Assembly: GCA_951406725.2 (NCBI GenBank)
Contig: OX597822.1
Location: 27,404,001 to 27,468,000 of the forward strand
Direction: 5' to 3'
Length of the DNA: 64,000 nt
From: Octopus vulgaris
Lineage: Eukaryota
Below, one piece after another: positions 40,161 to 55,935 of this stretch. A model generated the notes under the pieces. That model was not told the origin of the DNA, made no database searches, and saw only the letters and a program-made list of their open reading frames with translations. How positions within the stretch are numbered: the stretch's first letter is position 1; each line of letters begins with the position of its first letter. Position numbers and translations under genes: made by a program.

Positions 40161-40922
40161 CTGCAATGAACAGGCATCTTTTCAAGGAGATTGTTGTAAT
40201 CTCGGTCTCTTATACGTTATAGAATTTGGTAAACCAGGATTGTGAGTTCTACGGCTCGAAAGAAAAAGAATAAGTATAAAATTCATTTCTAAATTTAGAA
40301 ACTGAAGAGAAGCTTGAATGAGAGATCACAAAGTAACTATATCTGTTATCATCATAACAACTGAACAGAAAGAAAATATAAGAAATATAACATACTTCAT
40401 AAAATCAAAGTTTATAGGTTTAAACGAATGCATTGTGAATGAAGTACTGGGGGGGGGTATTACTGTATTCGGGTAAGGACAATTATAATTAGGTACCGTA
40501 AGAGACTTAGGGTAATTTCATAATTACCAAGTGAGATTATCAGCCTTCAAATTAGGTTGATTTGGTTAGAGAGAAAAAAACTTTTTTTCCGAAATATTTG
40601 GATATTTCAAAGTGATTTTATTTCAATAAGGACTATTCAGACCCGAAAATGTTAGTTCAAATTGGATGAAAGGGAAGACCAAGCATGTTATAGGCATTAG
40701 GAAATATAGTTTTAAAAGTGTAAAAACAGAATACTTTGAGGCAGCAATAATGGAATTTAAATAAATTAGAAATTAAAATAAGAAATCTAAAAGAAATCAC
40801 GAAATGCAAACTGCTAAGATATCGAAAATTAATCCGTAAAATCTTTGAATATTCAAGCCTGTAAGTCAATTTGATTCCAAGTTTGTAACACAATGAATAT
40901 ATATATATTTACATATGATGGA

Positions 40923-41581
40923 TTTTTCAAATTTCAATATATGTTAACAAATTCTATCCTCACAAATGACAAATTAAAGTAAGAATTATTCAGTTGTAAG
41001 ATTTCTAGGAAGAACTTACAGTTGTCGTGAGATTTGCTACTGTAGTCTGATCTATGACTTAAATAATTTCAGAATTAACGATTTTTGAATGAGATTATAC
41101 TCTTCGCTACATCATCGAAATCGTTTAATCACAATTTCTGTACGGGCAGCATCATTCGGGAATGCTTCATATGATATTGAAATTCTCAGCAGGTGCTTTC
41201 AATTTCCAAATATAATCTGAAATTTTTTATGCATTTGATGGAAAGTATCTGATTGAAATAACATTGTCAAAATTTGCTACCACTTAACTAAAGAATTGCA
41301 TCTAAGCTTCGTATAATGGAGGTAAAATTCGTTTCGGAGAGATTGCTTCAGCATTATACGACTGATGACTTTGTATTTCCGAATGTGCTGTTAGATACAA
41401 TTTGATTAGATCTTTTTCTTATTACGCGCGTGCAGTTTTATGCCAGTTTAAGACAGTGCACATCTAAAAGGTCTGCAGTTTTTCAAATTTCAATATATGT
41501 TAACAAATTCTATCCTCACAAATGACAAATTAAAGTAAGAATTATCCAGTTGTAAGATTTCCAGGAAGAATTTACAGTTGT
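40923..41581 (+). repeat. Direct repeat of about 103 bp (40923-41025 and 41479-41581)
   Basis: tttttcaaatttcaatatatgttaacaaattctatcc...ttacagttgt with about 3 mismatches. Confidence 0.92.
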
Positions 41582-42196
41582 GGTGGCACTTGATTACACA
41601 TATATATGTGTGCGTGCATCTTAATTTTTAAGAAAATTAGCAGCATTAAACCGATAAAGTTGCCGCACCTGTTCTTTGTATTCTATGGCACACTAACCCA
41701 CGATACTGGAAATTCATAATCCTTTGCCAATTCGGGAGTCACCGTGTGGAAGTCTGATTTATTTGGCGATAAACTGAAGATTCTTCTACCAATAACAACC
41801 AAAGCAAACATATACACGCGCACACACATACACGCAGACATATTTACGCAACCTGGTGAGCATTGTTGAGCAATTACAAACTTCAGCTCACCCAGAGAAC
41901 CCTTCTATAAGGCAGCCTTCTTCTACGTAAAAAGTACATTACAAGTTAGTTAATCTAAAGAGTAATATCATGTGTGTGTCAGTGTATGTGTATGCGCATG
42001 TATGCATATATATGTGTGCGTGCATCTTCACGTATACATACATATATACATAGATATGCAGACACACAATGATATGTACACACATAGGTGAATGATGGTG
42101 CTTGGCCAAATAGTTAATGTATTTCCCTTGCTATTGCAAGATAGTAATTTCGATTCCCAGACAGGCGATGCGTTGTATTCTTTAGTAAAACATTTA

Positions 42197-42365
42197 ATTA
42201 CCTTTCGCGCGTAAGTAAAAGTAAGGTATTATAATCACTTGTTTGTTTGTCTGTGTGTCTGCGAAATTCCTGGAGAACGGCTGAACGAATTTTCACCAAA
42301 TTTGGCAGAAATCCACATTGGGTGAGTAGCTAGAAATGATGAAAATTTGGTTTGATTATCTTCAA
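42197..42365 (+). mobile_element. Helentron-associated (DINE/HINE-like) element fragment
   Basis: ttacctt..aaggta hairpin, gtttgtttgtctgt tract and gaattttcaccaaatttgg core. Confidence 0.5.
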
Positions 42366-42461
42366 ACATACGTAAATACCATACATAGATATACGACTCT
42401 GTGTGTGTGTATGTGTGTGTGCGAGTGCATGCGAGCGAGCGAACGTGTGTACAGTATCGGT

Positions 42462-42865
42462 TTCGAGGGTTTCGTTTATTTATGAGTTGATTACTTAATT
42501 TTACCGGTGTATACCTATAATGATGATACTTAAATAAAAAATTTTTCTAAAGTCGAACTTACAAATTTCTCGATAAGCAAATGGTCATACTATTTATATC
42601 CTACAATGAGCTATAGTACGTTTGATTAAACTGCCGTCATTGAAAGACGTTCAAACCACTTCTCAATATTATCTATAAGTATTTCTTTTTATTCACTTTC
42701 TTTTTCATATGAATCGACCCTCGCCCTCGTGAGTATAGATTACGGTGTACCTATGCGCGCAGACACGTGTGGGCACATACATACATTATACATAAATACA
42801 TACATAGATATGCAACTGCGTGTGTGTTGTGTTCGTGCGTGTGTATGCATGTGTGTATGCATATA

Positions 42866-42909
<44 letters not shown>

Positions 42910-43040
42910 GATGGATTCGAGGGTTTCGTTTATTTACGAGTTGATTTCTTAATTTCACCGGTGCATAAATACCTATAATGGTGATACTTAAAATAAGAAA
43001 GGAAAAAAGAATTTTAATCCAGCTTACAAATTTCCTGAGT
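42462..43040 (+). repeat. Diverged direct repeat of about 110 bp (42462 and 42916)
   Basis: ttcgagggtttcgtttattta.gagttgatt.cttaattt.accggtg occurs twice. Confidence 0.85.
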
Positions 43041-43362
43041 AGCAAGTTTAGTCAAACACTTACAAAGCTTAATTCAGTTCAATTAAAAGTCATGGGTAAG
43101 CAAACGCATTATAAACCATACTATAATTTGCGAAAAAATTTATCTGCACGCAGTGCATGCATCGTCTCTTTGAGACCCTTTTTTCATTACCTGCTGTTTT
43201 TGCCAGGTCAGTTGTAAAAGCCAGCTGTATAGTGTCATTCCAAATTTATATCAATGATAATGAGAGCATTCAGATCGGCTAAGTATACTAACATCCAACA
43301 GTCTAGGTGGTACAGTGATACATATACGTGTGTGTGTATGCGCGCATATGTATACATATATT

Positions 43363-43784
43363 AGGCGTAGGCGTGAGTGTGTTTTAAGAAGCTTGCTCCC
43401 CAACCGAATGGTTCCGGGTTGAGTCCCATTGCGTGGCAATCTGGACAAGTGTCTTCTACTATAGTCACGGGACCACAAAGTCTTGGGAGTGGATTTGGTT
43501 GACGGAATCTGAAAGAAAACCATCGCATATATGTGTCTCCATGTGTGTGTGTGCGTGCGTGTCTGTGGCTGCGTGCGTTTGCTTATCCCCCACCACCTCT
43601 TGATAACCGATGTTGGTGTATTTACTTCTCAGTATCTTAACTGTTCAGCAAAGAGGCCGATAGAATACGTACCAAGCTTAAACTAGATAAAAAGTACTAA
43701 AGTCGATTCATTCGTCTGAAATTCATCAAGGCGTAGCCCCAGAATAGCCGCTGTTTAATGACTGAAACGGGTAAAGGATAAAAT
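43363..43784 (+). mobile_element. SINE family B
   Basis: Head, CORE-like block and tail homologous to the copy at 22919. Confidence 0.88.
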
Positions 43785-43818
43785 ATATATATATATATAT
43801 ACATTTTATCCTTTACCC

Positions 43819-43901
<83 letters not shown>

Positions 43902-43984
43902 TTACATATAAATGTGACCGTGTGTATACCGTTGGCGATTTTGTTTCCTCTGTCTTCCCTTCTCTGGATCTTTCCTTCTCCTAT

Positions 43985-44019
43985 GTTTCCGACGAAGAGC
44001 TCCGCTCGAAACGTTAAAC
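43985..44019 (+). ncRNA. Minimal hammerhead ribozyme (CCGACGA core) in an element of about 210 bp flanked by (TA)n (43905-44112)
   Basis: GUUU-CCGACGA-A-GAGC-ucc-GCUC-GAAA-CGUU-AAAC. Confidence 0.68.
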
Positions 44020-44106
44020 CCTCCTTCTTTGCTTTTTTCCTGAGAGTCCAATAATTTGTTCCACGTCCTCGCGTTGTGTTTTTTTTGTGCTTTCTTGTTT
44101 GGATTA

Positions 44107-44158
<52 letters not shown>

Positions 44159-44179
44159 CATTTACATATATATACACAA

Positions 44180-44272
<93 letters not shown>

Positions 44273-44467
44273 TTTTAGTAGTTGAATGAATTATCTTATT
44301 AAGGATAATTCGAAAGATAACCAACACCTGGCTAGCAAAGTCACATCAGAAATAACACAGTTGAAGTTACGTCCCCAGGGCATAGACTACGTGCTTTCGT
44401 GCGGAAATTTGTATGTTTATTTTAAAAAGTTTTTTGTGCATTTTGATGTCGATATAAGTTCCTTGCC

Positions 44468-44548
44468 TTTCCTGATGAGAAATCTGCAAAATGTACTCCT
44501 TATTCCTTCGGAATTAGGAATATGCAGCCTTCGAAACATATGTCGAAA
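44468..44548 (+). ncRNA. Hammerhead ribozyme, canonical core with long stem II, in an element flanked by (TA)n (44272-44600)
   Basis: UUUC-CUGAUGA-GAA..CUGCA...UGCAG..UUC-GAAA-CAUAUGU-C-GAAA. Stem III is palindromic and the cleavage site is GUC. Confidence 0.8.
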
Positions 44549-44595
44549 ATAAAGGAAATTTGTTAACAAGTCGTTCAACTCCATTCTTTCATAAA

Positions 44596-44643
<48 letters not shown>

Positions 44644-45125
44644 CAGACATACATATATATATATATATCTGTATATATCTGTATATATGTATATGTATAT
44701 ATATGTATATATATTGAATCACTTCGTTCATACTTTGAAACGATGGCGTATAGAATTCATATTGACACTTATGTCTAACAACAGTTCACTAAATTCAAAG
44801 GTTTCGTATTGAAATGTTTCGCTATTTGCTTTATCTACTATCAGTAGCAGATAAGAATCGGATTCAGGAAGTGCTAAATATTTTGAGGTTGTAATTATTG
44901 ACATTTATTAGTTGTTCTGTTGAAGACTGATACAGTACAATGCCATTGATCTATTCTGTATTTCGATATACTCGTTCAATAAGATTTATATACTACACAG
45001 AACTGAAAGTAGGTTATTCATACTCGGATATATATTCAAACATTTATGTGCGTATGTATGTATGTATGTATGTATGTATGTATGTATGTATGTATGTATG
45101 TATGTATGTATGTATGTATGTATGT

Positions 45126-45515
45126 GGAGGCGCAATGACCCAGTGGTTAGGGCAGCGGACTCGCGGTCATAGGATCGCGGTTTCGGTTCCCAGACCGGGC
45201 GTTGTGAGTGTTTATTGAATGAAAACACCTAAAAGCTCCACGAGGCTCCGGCAGGGGATGGTGGTGATCCCTGCTGTACTCTTTCACCACAACTTTCTCT
45301 CGCTCTTACTTCCTGTTTCTGTTGTACCTGTATTTCAAAGGGCTGGCCTTGTCACTCTCTGTGTCACGCTGAATATCCCCGAGAACTACGTTAAGGGTAC
45401 ACGTGTCTGTGGAGTGCTCAGCCACTTACACGTTAATTTCCCGAGCCGGCTGTTCCGTTGATTCGGATCAACCGGAACCCTCGCCGTCGTAACCGACGGA
45501 GTGCTTCCATCCAAC
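45126..45515 (+). mobile_element. tRNA-derived SINE, family C, full length, inserted in (TATG)n
   Basis: A-box tgacccagtggttagg and B-box ggtttcggttcc. TATG arrays on both sides. Confidence 0.9.
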
Positions 45516-45622
45516 CATGTATGTATGTATGTATGTATGTATGTATGTATGTATGTATGTATGTATGTATGTATGTATGTATGTGTATGTGTATGTGTGT
45601 ATGTATAGGAGTGCATCCATGC

Positions 45623-45683
<61 letters not shown>

Positions 45684-45731
45684 TGTATGTGTATATTTAC
45701 ATACGTACGTATATAAATATACACATAAGTA

Positions 45732-47430
45732 TTAGGTGGTTAAGTATGAAATTTGTAGAAAAGTAAAAAAACGTTTGCGAATGTTTTATAAATAGAATAG
45801 TTTTATTCATCAAAGTATGCACCCATATTGCCAATATACTTTTGCTGTTTCAGCCCGGAACTATAGAAGCCTGGCAATCTAGAGTCAATAAAAACCTTGG
45901 AAGGCTTGTTTTCATCATCATCATTGTTCGACCGTGGTCGAGACAATGGAATTTACCATGCTACGCCAGACCTCACGGTCTATCATGGCATTACGGAGGT
46001 CCTGTTGCTGGATGCCTGTATCCCTGGAGATTACATCAGGGTAGAGGAGTGTGCGCCCTCTGGCATTGCGAGTAGATGGCTTCCAGAAGAGGAGAGTAGA
46101 AATTACCTCTTTTTCAGCTCTACAACAATGTCCAGCAAACTGGAGTCTCCTACCTTTCACAAGAGATGACACAGGTGGTAGTTTCCCATATATTTGCATT
46201 TTGGTTGGATGGCGCTCCCACGAGAGATTTTGAGCTCTCATAAGGAGGCGAGTGTAGGTTCCATCCAACCGCCTCTGAAGCTTCTTTGATAACGTCAGGT
46301 TCTGAGCCATATAGTAGAAATGGTTCGACTGTGGCTTTGAAGATTTCAAGTTTGAAGTCTCTACTTAGATTTGATGACCAGATCTTATGCATGTCATTAC
46401 AGGCTGACCAGGCCATACCCTTTCTAGTTAGAAAATCTTTTCCAGATGATGATATGTATGACCCAAGATATTTGTAATCAGAAACCATATTTAAGGGCGC
46501 ATTGTTGAGAGTATGGATGATGCAATCACTGTTAGACGGGCACTTGTTTATATATTCAGTCTTGGCCTCATTGAGGTAAAGACCTACACAATTTGAGGCT
46601 TGTTCGAGAGATTGTAAAAGAGACTGGGCATTGGTTTTACTGCATCGTCGGAATTAATTTTTTTTCCTATTAGTTATCCAAATTCTGGAAGACGTGGTAG
46701 TCAGTAGGGGCAAGATCAGGTGAGTATGATGGATGATGGAGAAATTAAAAGTCCAACTCCTGTAGTTTCACCAATGTCATTTTTGCGATTTGTGGTCTGG
46801 TGTTGTATTTCAATAAAATAAGATTGGATCTGTTGACTAATCTAGGTTGGGTTTTTTTTCGTAAGTTTCTGCATCATTCGGTCCAGTTGGCTGCAGTAGC
46901 CATGATTGATGAGCGAGGTTTAATGAAATCATATTGGATCGCAACTGCGCCAGACCACCAAACACACACCATCAGCTTCTTTTTATGAATTTTGCTTTTT
47001 GGACTGTGTTTTGATGGCTCGTCTTTGTACAACCATTGTACTGAACGTATACGGTTGTTATACTGGATCCATTTCTCATCACATGTTACAATTCGATTCA
47101 AAAATTGTTTCCTTTTGTGATGAGAAAGTAGCATAATGCCGGTTTCCAAACGTTGCTGATTCTGATTTTCATTGAGTTCATTGGGAACCCTCTTATCCAA
47201 CTTTTTCCCTTTACCGATTTGAATTAGGTGAGTCAATATTGTTTGCTTGCTTACACCAAAGAACAACAATAAATCAGGGGAACTTTGAAATGGATCTGAC
47301 TCGACGGTGGCTTTCAGTTCATCATTATCCACTTTTGTTTCTAGTCGAACGCGTTGCTCATTTTTTAGGTCAAAACAACCAGAACAAATTTTTGCTAACC
47401 AATTTGATACTGGCTGCTGTATGAATGAAA
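45732..47430 (-). mobile_element. Decayed mariner (5' TIR not seen) interrupted by an RTE LINE
   Basis: TA|ttaggtggttaag TIR. ORF 46874-47332 contains IVTCDEKW. HPSYSPDLAPTDYH lies at about 46695-46740. Confidence 0.9.
45913..46630 (-). mobile_element. 5'-truncated RTE/RTE-X LINE
   Basis: DYKYLGS..LLYGSE..RRLQFAGHC..DREVWR, ending in a (TGA)n tail. Confidence 0.9.
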
Positions 47431-48185
47431 TACTCCACTAATATTCCGAGCTGTCTGCGATGCTGTATTTCCAAGGAAGAACTCATATTCCCAAACTCTT
47501 TCCTCTTCACAGCCGGACGGCTGGACGAATGGTTACGATTATTTTTCGGGATTACAAAGACGGTCGTCAGGAAAGTTTATAGTATTAAGAAATCAGAAAG
47601 TATGATTATTTTGTGAATATCGATTTTTGAAATGATAAACCACCTTCTCATTTTTATTAGAAATTCACCGAGCATTAGTAACTCATGAAGAATTCATGGC
47701 CCCATTATAGATATGAATGGAGTTTAGAATTCAGTTCAGGAGCGAATCGTCATCGCATGTCACTTAGACGAAATACATGTCATATAGCTGCAACAGAACA
47801 CTGTATCACCAGCAATAATGTAATTTCTCTAAGACATCTATGAAGTCAATTTACACATTTCTCAATACATACTGGTGTTATGACTTACCTCCCTCATTTT
47901 AAGCTTCCATCGTAGATGGGTAGATTTGCTAGTAATGTTTAATGCACCATAAGTATTTGTAAAGTTGAGGAAAATGAAGCCGATATATTCAAAAAGAAAA
48001 TTGTTCTTTGAAAGCGTAAATACAGACGTGAAACATGGTTTGGTTTTAGGTCCCCATAAGTTAGCAGTTACGCAAAGAGACTGACGTTATAATTATAAGA
48101 CTTAAAAAGCAACTTGAGTCGATTTCTTTGACTAAATATTTCAAGGCGGTGCTGTAGCATGGTCTTAGTTCAATGAATGAAGCAA

Positions 48186-48715
<530 letters not shown>

Positions 48716-48803
48716 AAAAATAGTATACATACATATATATATAAATATATATGTAAGTGTAGTTTTATACATAGATACACACACACACATATATATGTGC
48801 GTG

Positions 48804-48927
<124 letters not shown>

Positions 48928-49692
48928 CATATATATATAAATGCATATGTATGTATACATACATACACATACACTCATATATAATTTATATATATACTAG
49001 ATATATGTATATGTGTACGAGTGAATTAAACGTATAAATTAAATGTTGTTACATCTAAACTTTTAAGAGGAATATGCTATAAAACGTTTTTGACAATCAT
49101 ATATATTTACAATTATACAATAGAAGTGGTGATATAAATTGTCATAATTTAGAAAATAAATTGTTTAGTCATTGATAAGAACACAAAAAGACAAAATAAG
49201 AAAGAAAAAGAGAACCTTTGGACTTCGAAACATTTGCTATTTCTTTAGACGAACGGATACAATTTTCCAAGATGTTACTTGGCAATTATCAGTGTAAGAA
49301 AGAAATATATAAATAATTTTGACACCGATATAGTATTAAATGGTCTATTATCCTACTTCCACTCATTTTCACCAGTTTGATTTAAACCTTATTACACTTT
49401 TCTTATTGCTTTTCCATTAGTTATATCTTGGCAACACTGTTGTTCGTGTTATTGATTGTGTTGTCCTTTTCGTCCATGTGTGAATAAGTTATTGCTGAAT
49501 CTATGTGTCGTTTCATATCAAAAGTGCCGTAATTGCTCGACAAATAAAGGGGAAAATAAGAGCACAATCAATTTTAGTGTGATAGGTAAATGCTTTGGAA
49601 AAAGATTGGGAATACTGTAGGTGATTAATAAAAATCTAATGTTTCAACAATCTCGTCGTTTCTTCATAAAACATAAATAATTCTATATAATA

Positions 49693-49857
49693 GGCGTAGG
49701 AGTGGCTGTGTGGTAAGTAGCTTGCTTACGAACCACATGGTTCCGGGTTCAGTCCCACTGTGTGGCACCTTGGGCAAGTGTCTTCTACTATAGCCTCGGG
49801 CTGACTAAAGCCTTGTCAGTGGAAATGGTAGGCGGAAACTGAAAGAAGCCCGTCGTA

Positions 49858-49908
<51 letters not shown>

Positions 49909-50131
49909 GCATGTGTATATGTTTGTGTGTCTGTGTTTGTCCCCGAAACATCGCTTGACAACCGATGCTGGTGTGTTTACGTCCCCGTAACTTAGCGGTT
50001 CGGCAAAAGAGACCGATAGAATAAGTACTAGGCTTACAAAGAATAAGTCGGTTTGCTCGAGTAAAAGGTGGTGCTCCAGCATGGCCACAGTCAAATGACT
50101 GAAACAAGTAAAAGAGTAAAAGAGTAAAAGA
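49693..50131 (+). mobile_element. SINE family B, well preserved
   Basis: Head, CORE-like block, internal TA and (gtaaaaga)n tail. Confidence 0.93.
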
Positions 50132-51253
50132 TACTTAATCTGCCCAATGTTTATTACGTCTAATCTTTTATTAAATCAAAAAGTAAAAAAATAAACATAT
50201 ATAACATTTAATACAACGTCACACATTTTGGAGGCTGAACGAACGGAATGTAAAGGTAGACTCAGCTGAGATAGTCACGTCTGGAATGCTTTTGCAACAG
50301 AAGAGTAGCGAGAACGAGTCCGAGCGCAGAACATGTCCTCTGCAGCAGATTCGAAATTTACAACATTTTCCCTGGTTAATCTTGCTTTTCATTTAGGTGT
50401 TGGACATGACAAAAAAAAAAAAACTTAATAAAAACGGACCCTGAACATCCAGCCCGAAATACAATTGGGAAGTTACTGCTCTGGATATAAGTCTGCCCGA
50501 TACAACAATGGTGTATTTTACGTATGCCACCGTGTTCCAAAGATGAAAGTAAAGAAAATCTCGGTAACATTGAAGTATTGTTGCGCACATACGCGCGTGC
50601 GCGTTTGCTGAAAATCTTAGTTATACAGAATTTATGAAGCAAAATGTTATTGTAATTCAATAAACCGTAACGTCTGCTTTTCATTTTATTGAAATTAGTT
50701 GCAATTCTTTAAATAAAAATCAATGTGAAGAATGCCTTCGTTGTACAAGGAAATTGTTCATGTGGCTGATTTTTACAATACAGAATAATAAAAGAAGAAT
50801 AGAACTTTCGAAGGATTCTAAAACGAACAAAAGGAATTGACTGAATGCTTGTCAGTTTGCTTTTTCATAAATATGCAAATAACAGCATAACCTAGAATTG
50901 TAGCAATTTGTTCGTTACAGACTTACACGTGGAACAGAAATAAGATTGTATGAATTTCATTTATTCTTCTCTACTCTACAAATTCTGTCGTCAACCGTGG
51001 CGTAATTCGGGATTAATACTGATATTTCACAAGGAGTTAAAAGGGGAGAAATATATTGTTTAGTATCTCGGTGAACGTAACTGAAGTAGCATTGAATTAA
51101 AATCGTCATTTGTGGCATACTAAATGTGTGTATACCATTAAGATGCATGATGCCTCTGGTTTTTTTGTTTGTTTTCATATCGGTTAATTTTCTTTTCTTT
51201 TGGTCTGAAAGGAAATCTCTTCATGGGCATGTGTTAAAAACAATATATATATA

Positions 51254-51436
51254 TGTTTGATTTCATTATTTTTCTTTTTTTTGCCATGTGTGAGTTACAA
51301 ATACTGTATACCGAAAATTTTAGAAAAAGCAGCTAAAAGACTACTATTTCCTTTTTCTACAAAAATATGTCTCCACAGACGACAATATTTGTAACTCACA
51401 CATGGCAAAAAATAAGAAAAATAATGAAATCAAACA
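51254..51436. repeat. Inverted repeat with arms of about 54 bp, next to (TA)n
   Basis: tgtttgatttcattattttt..gccatgtgtgagttacaaata pairs with tatttgtaactcacacatggc..aaaaataatgaaatcaaaca. Confidence 0.9.
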
Positions 51437-51547
51437 CTCTTTTCCATACCGAAAAACTACTAGGTGAAATTTGTTGATTTTATAAAATTAATTATCTTTC
51501 ACCCTATATCTGTAATGATAATATATATATATATATATATATATATT

Positions 51548-52988
<1,441 letters not shown>

Positions 52989-53788
52989 AATCATATATAT
53001 ATGTATATTAAAGTGTGTATATACATACATACATATATATATATATATACATTCATATATCAAAACGAGACAAAGGTCATCGCAGTAGCGTCGATTTTGT
53101 ATGTCACTGCTGCGACGATGCTCACCTCGTTCCAATCTATATTGTTTTAAACACAGCATACGTCTATCAAGAGGTTCTCTCTCTCACTTGGTGTTGCTTA
53201 AAGAAAAAAATAATAAATAAAAGAAGGCATCACGCCATTTGCCTTCCGGCTGTGTATATACATTTAGCATGATACACAAAGAGTGAATATTTTTTTCGTT
53301 TATTTAAGGAAGCTGAATATCATTTATTGAAACTAAATTATTAAATCTTAATTAACTAACAACTTTCATCTATCTATTCTTGGAAATAGATTACATTAAA
53401 TTGAATTTATACGAAAAGAAAATAGATACAATATCCATTTCTTTGTAAAATTATCGAAATAAATTAGTTTAAATATAGATTTAGAAATTCACAACGCGTC
53501 ATAAGTCTTCCACATATATATATGTAAGCTTAGTAATTGCAGCGACAACAGATTTTTATATTTATCTATTCTCGGTGTTGTTGTTACTTGCTTTTCTACT
53601 TTTCGTGTTCAAATCGCACCGGGATTCATCTATGAAACCAAAAATTCTGTCTTTATACTCTACTTCTATAAAGAATTACTTACGAGAAACCACTGGATTA
53701 TCTTTTCACTATTTATAATTAAGAAACTATCATCATCCTCATCATCATCCTCATCATCATCATCATCTCTCATCATAATCATTATTAC

Positions 53789-53850
<62 letters not shown>

Positions 53851-53852
<2 letters not shown>

Positions 53853-54845
53853 TTTCTTTCTTCAAATTTTCTTCTGTTTCTCGCCGAGTATTTTCCGTAC
53901 ACATAGAGCAGAGAAGCTCATTGTATGCATTCCCAGATTACACACGCAAATTCACATGTAAAATATGTATTTAAAAAAATTAATAAATAAATAAATTTAT
54001 AAATGGATGTTGTTTTCACAGCGATAATGCTCTTCTCAGTACATGAACTGTTCCAGTTAACACGATTTTTTGCACTTCCAGTAGGGATGATAAGCCTGGT
54101 ATCATTTTCAAATAGGTTTCAGTACCTTTTTTTATCATTCCTAGAGATCCTACAATCACTGATACTGTAGTCGCCTTGAGATGCCACATTTTTTTCAATT
54201 TCTATTAGCAAGTCTTTATATTTACTGATCTTGTCAAATTCTTTCGCCGCTATATTGTGATCGCAAGGAATACTCATGTCAATTAATAAACATATCCTTT
54301 TTGTCAGATCTTTTAAAATAATATCCGGTTTATTAGCTTTTATAGTTTTGTCGGTATGTACGGGTAAGTCCCATAGAATCGATACATTTTCTCCCTCAGT
54401 CACAGCTTCAGGATGGTGTTTATACCCTTTGTCAGCGGTTTTGATTTTATAATGCCGACATATTATCCAGTTTAAATACTGGCCAACTCTGTCATGTCTT
54501 GCTTTATATTCTACAGGTGCTAAGACTCTACACCATTATGAGATTATGTGGTCTATAGTTTCAATCTCATCGTTACAGAATTGGCTTTTTGGCTCAGCTC
54601 CATTTTTATCACATTGGCTTGGTAGTTCCGTGTTAATAAGCTTTGGTCTTGAGCAGCTAATATGAAACCTTCACTCTCAGCTTTTAGTCCTGAGCTTCGT
54701 AACCATTGGTGCGTGTGTTTCTGGTCGACATGAACTTGTTTGCTACGGGCCACATATTTGCCATGCAGAGGATTCTGTTCCCATCTGCTAGCTTATTTTT
54801 CATGCGCTTTTGTTTTTGCAATCAATTTTCTTTTCTTTGCAGCAG
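53851..54845 (-). mobile_element. Dong/R4-like non-LTR retrotransposon 3' part ending in (TAA)n
   Basis: WLRSSGLKAESEGFILAAQDQSL, a degenerate CCHC (FCNDEIETIDHII..C), KPDIIL..LIDMSIP..KYKDL and VIVGSLG. Confidence 0.9.
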
Positions 54846-55935
54846 CAGTTGGCGTATTTCCTTCAGCCTGATCAATCAAGATATGAGAGAAGATAGGATT
54901 GTCGCATCTACAATGCCTAGCGTAATGGTTCTGCCGAACCAAAGGGCCGACCGGTAGTTAAACAACACCAACATTTGTTTTTTTGCTTCTGGCAAATAAC
55001 TATTTCATCAGATTTTTTCCTGCTTTTTCAAAATTTATGATAAACGGTAGAATTCTTCCAAAATGGTAAAAGAAAATATATATATTTACCTAAAAATTAA
55101 TTTTTAAAAATTCCAAAAAAAATGAAGCGTTTTACGATTGAATATACAAATAATTTAAAGCGTAACTGTAAAGAACCGTTGTTATTATCGTCTAGAATTT
55201 ATCATGTAATTGTTATCTGAACTTTTTTGCAAAATTTCTCAAATCATGACTGTTTTATTGATGAATATTTGTCTCCTTTGGCAAAAGCAAAAGCTTCAAA
55301 TTGTCAGGTCAAACCTAGGTATCAATTTCTATTTTAAGTAGTGGTGATGGAGGCAGCATAATTCGTTTTTCCGTTTTGCATTGTAGAACGTAATGGATTT
55401 TGCTGTTTGCATTACGGAACGAAAGAATTAATTTTCGTTTATATATTTTTTCTATTTTCAGCAAAAATTTCACTAATGGAATTCTCTATTTTTCTAACGG
55501 ACTACCTAATAAGTAATTTCTTATTATATGATATCTTTTCGAAATTAGATGCCCGTGTGCAAGTTTTCTTACCTTAATGGAAATATTTGGATATTATGTG
55601 ATTGAATAGAAGATATTTGACATTACAAGTGTATGTATATAGTATGGGCGCTTATCTATAGGAGAGATGCGTATATAAACATCATCAGAAAGCAAGTATG
55701 CATGCACTTATGAGTGCGTGACTATGTGTTTACATGAATTAAAAAAACATATTTTAGAAAATTTGTATGCAGTTATATATCTGCAAATATACAGATATGT
55801 ATGTACATGCGTGCAGATAATGACGACGGGTATAGAAGCATACACGTATAAACATATAGATATTGATATATGCATGTGTGCATTCATTGATTTTTTTTTA
55901 TCTCCTTGTTTCTCTCCGTGTTTCTTTTCTGTGTA

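Noticed and set aside
45126-45200. tRNA-like sequences at SINE heads
   Set aside because: They have A and B boxes but no complete cloverleaf, and they continue into SINE bodies, so they are not tRNA genes.
47889-47928. Consensus donor GAG|GTAAGT on the minus strand
   Set aside because: It is an isolated site with a weak acceptor and an uninformative peptide, as expected by chance.
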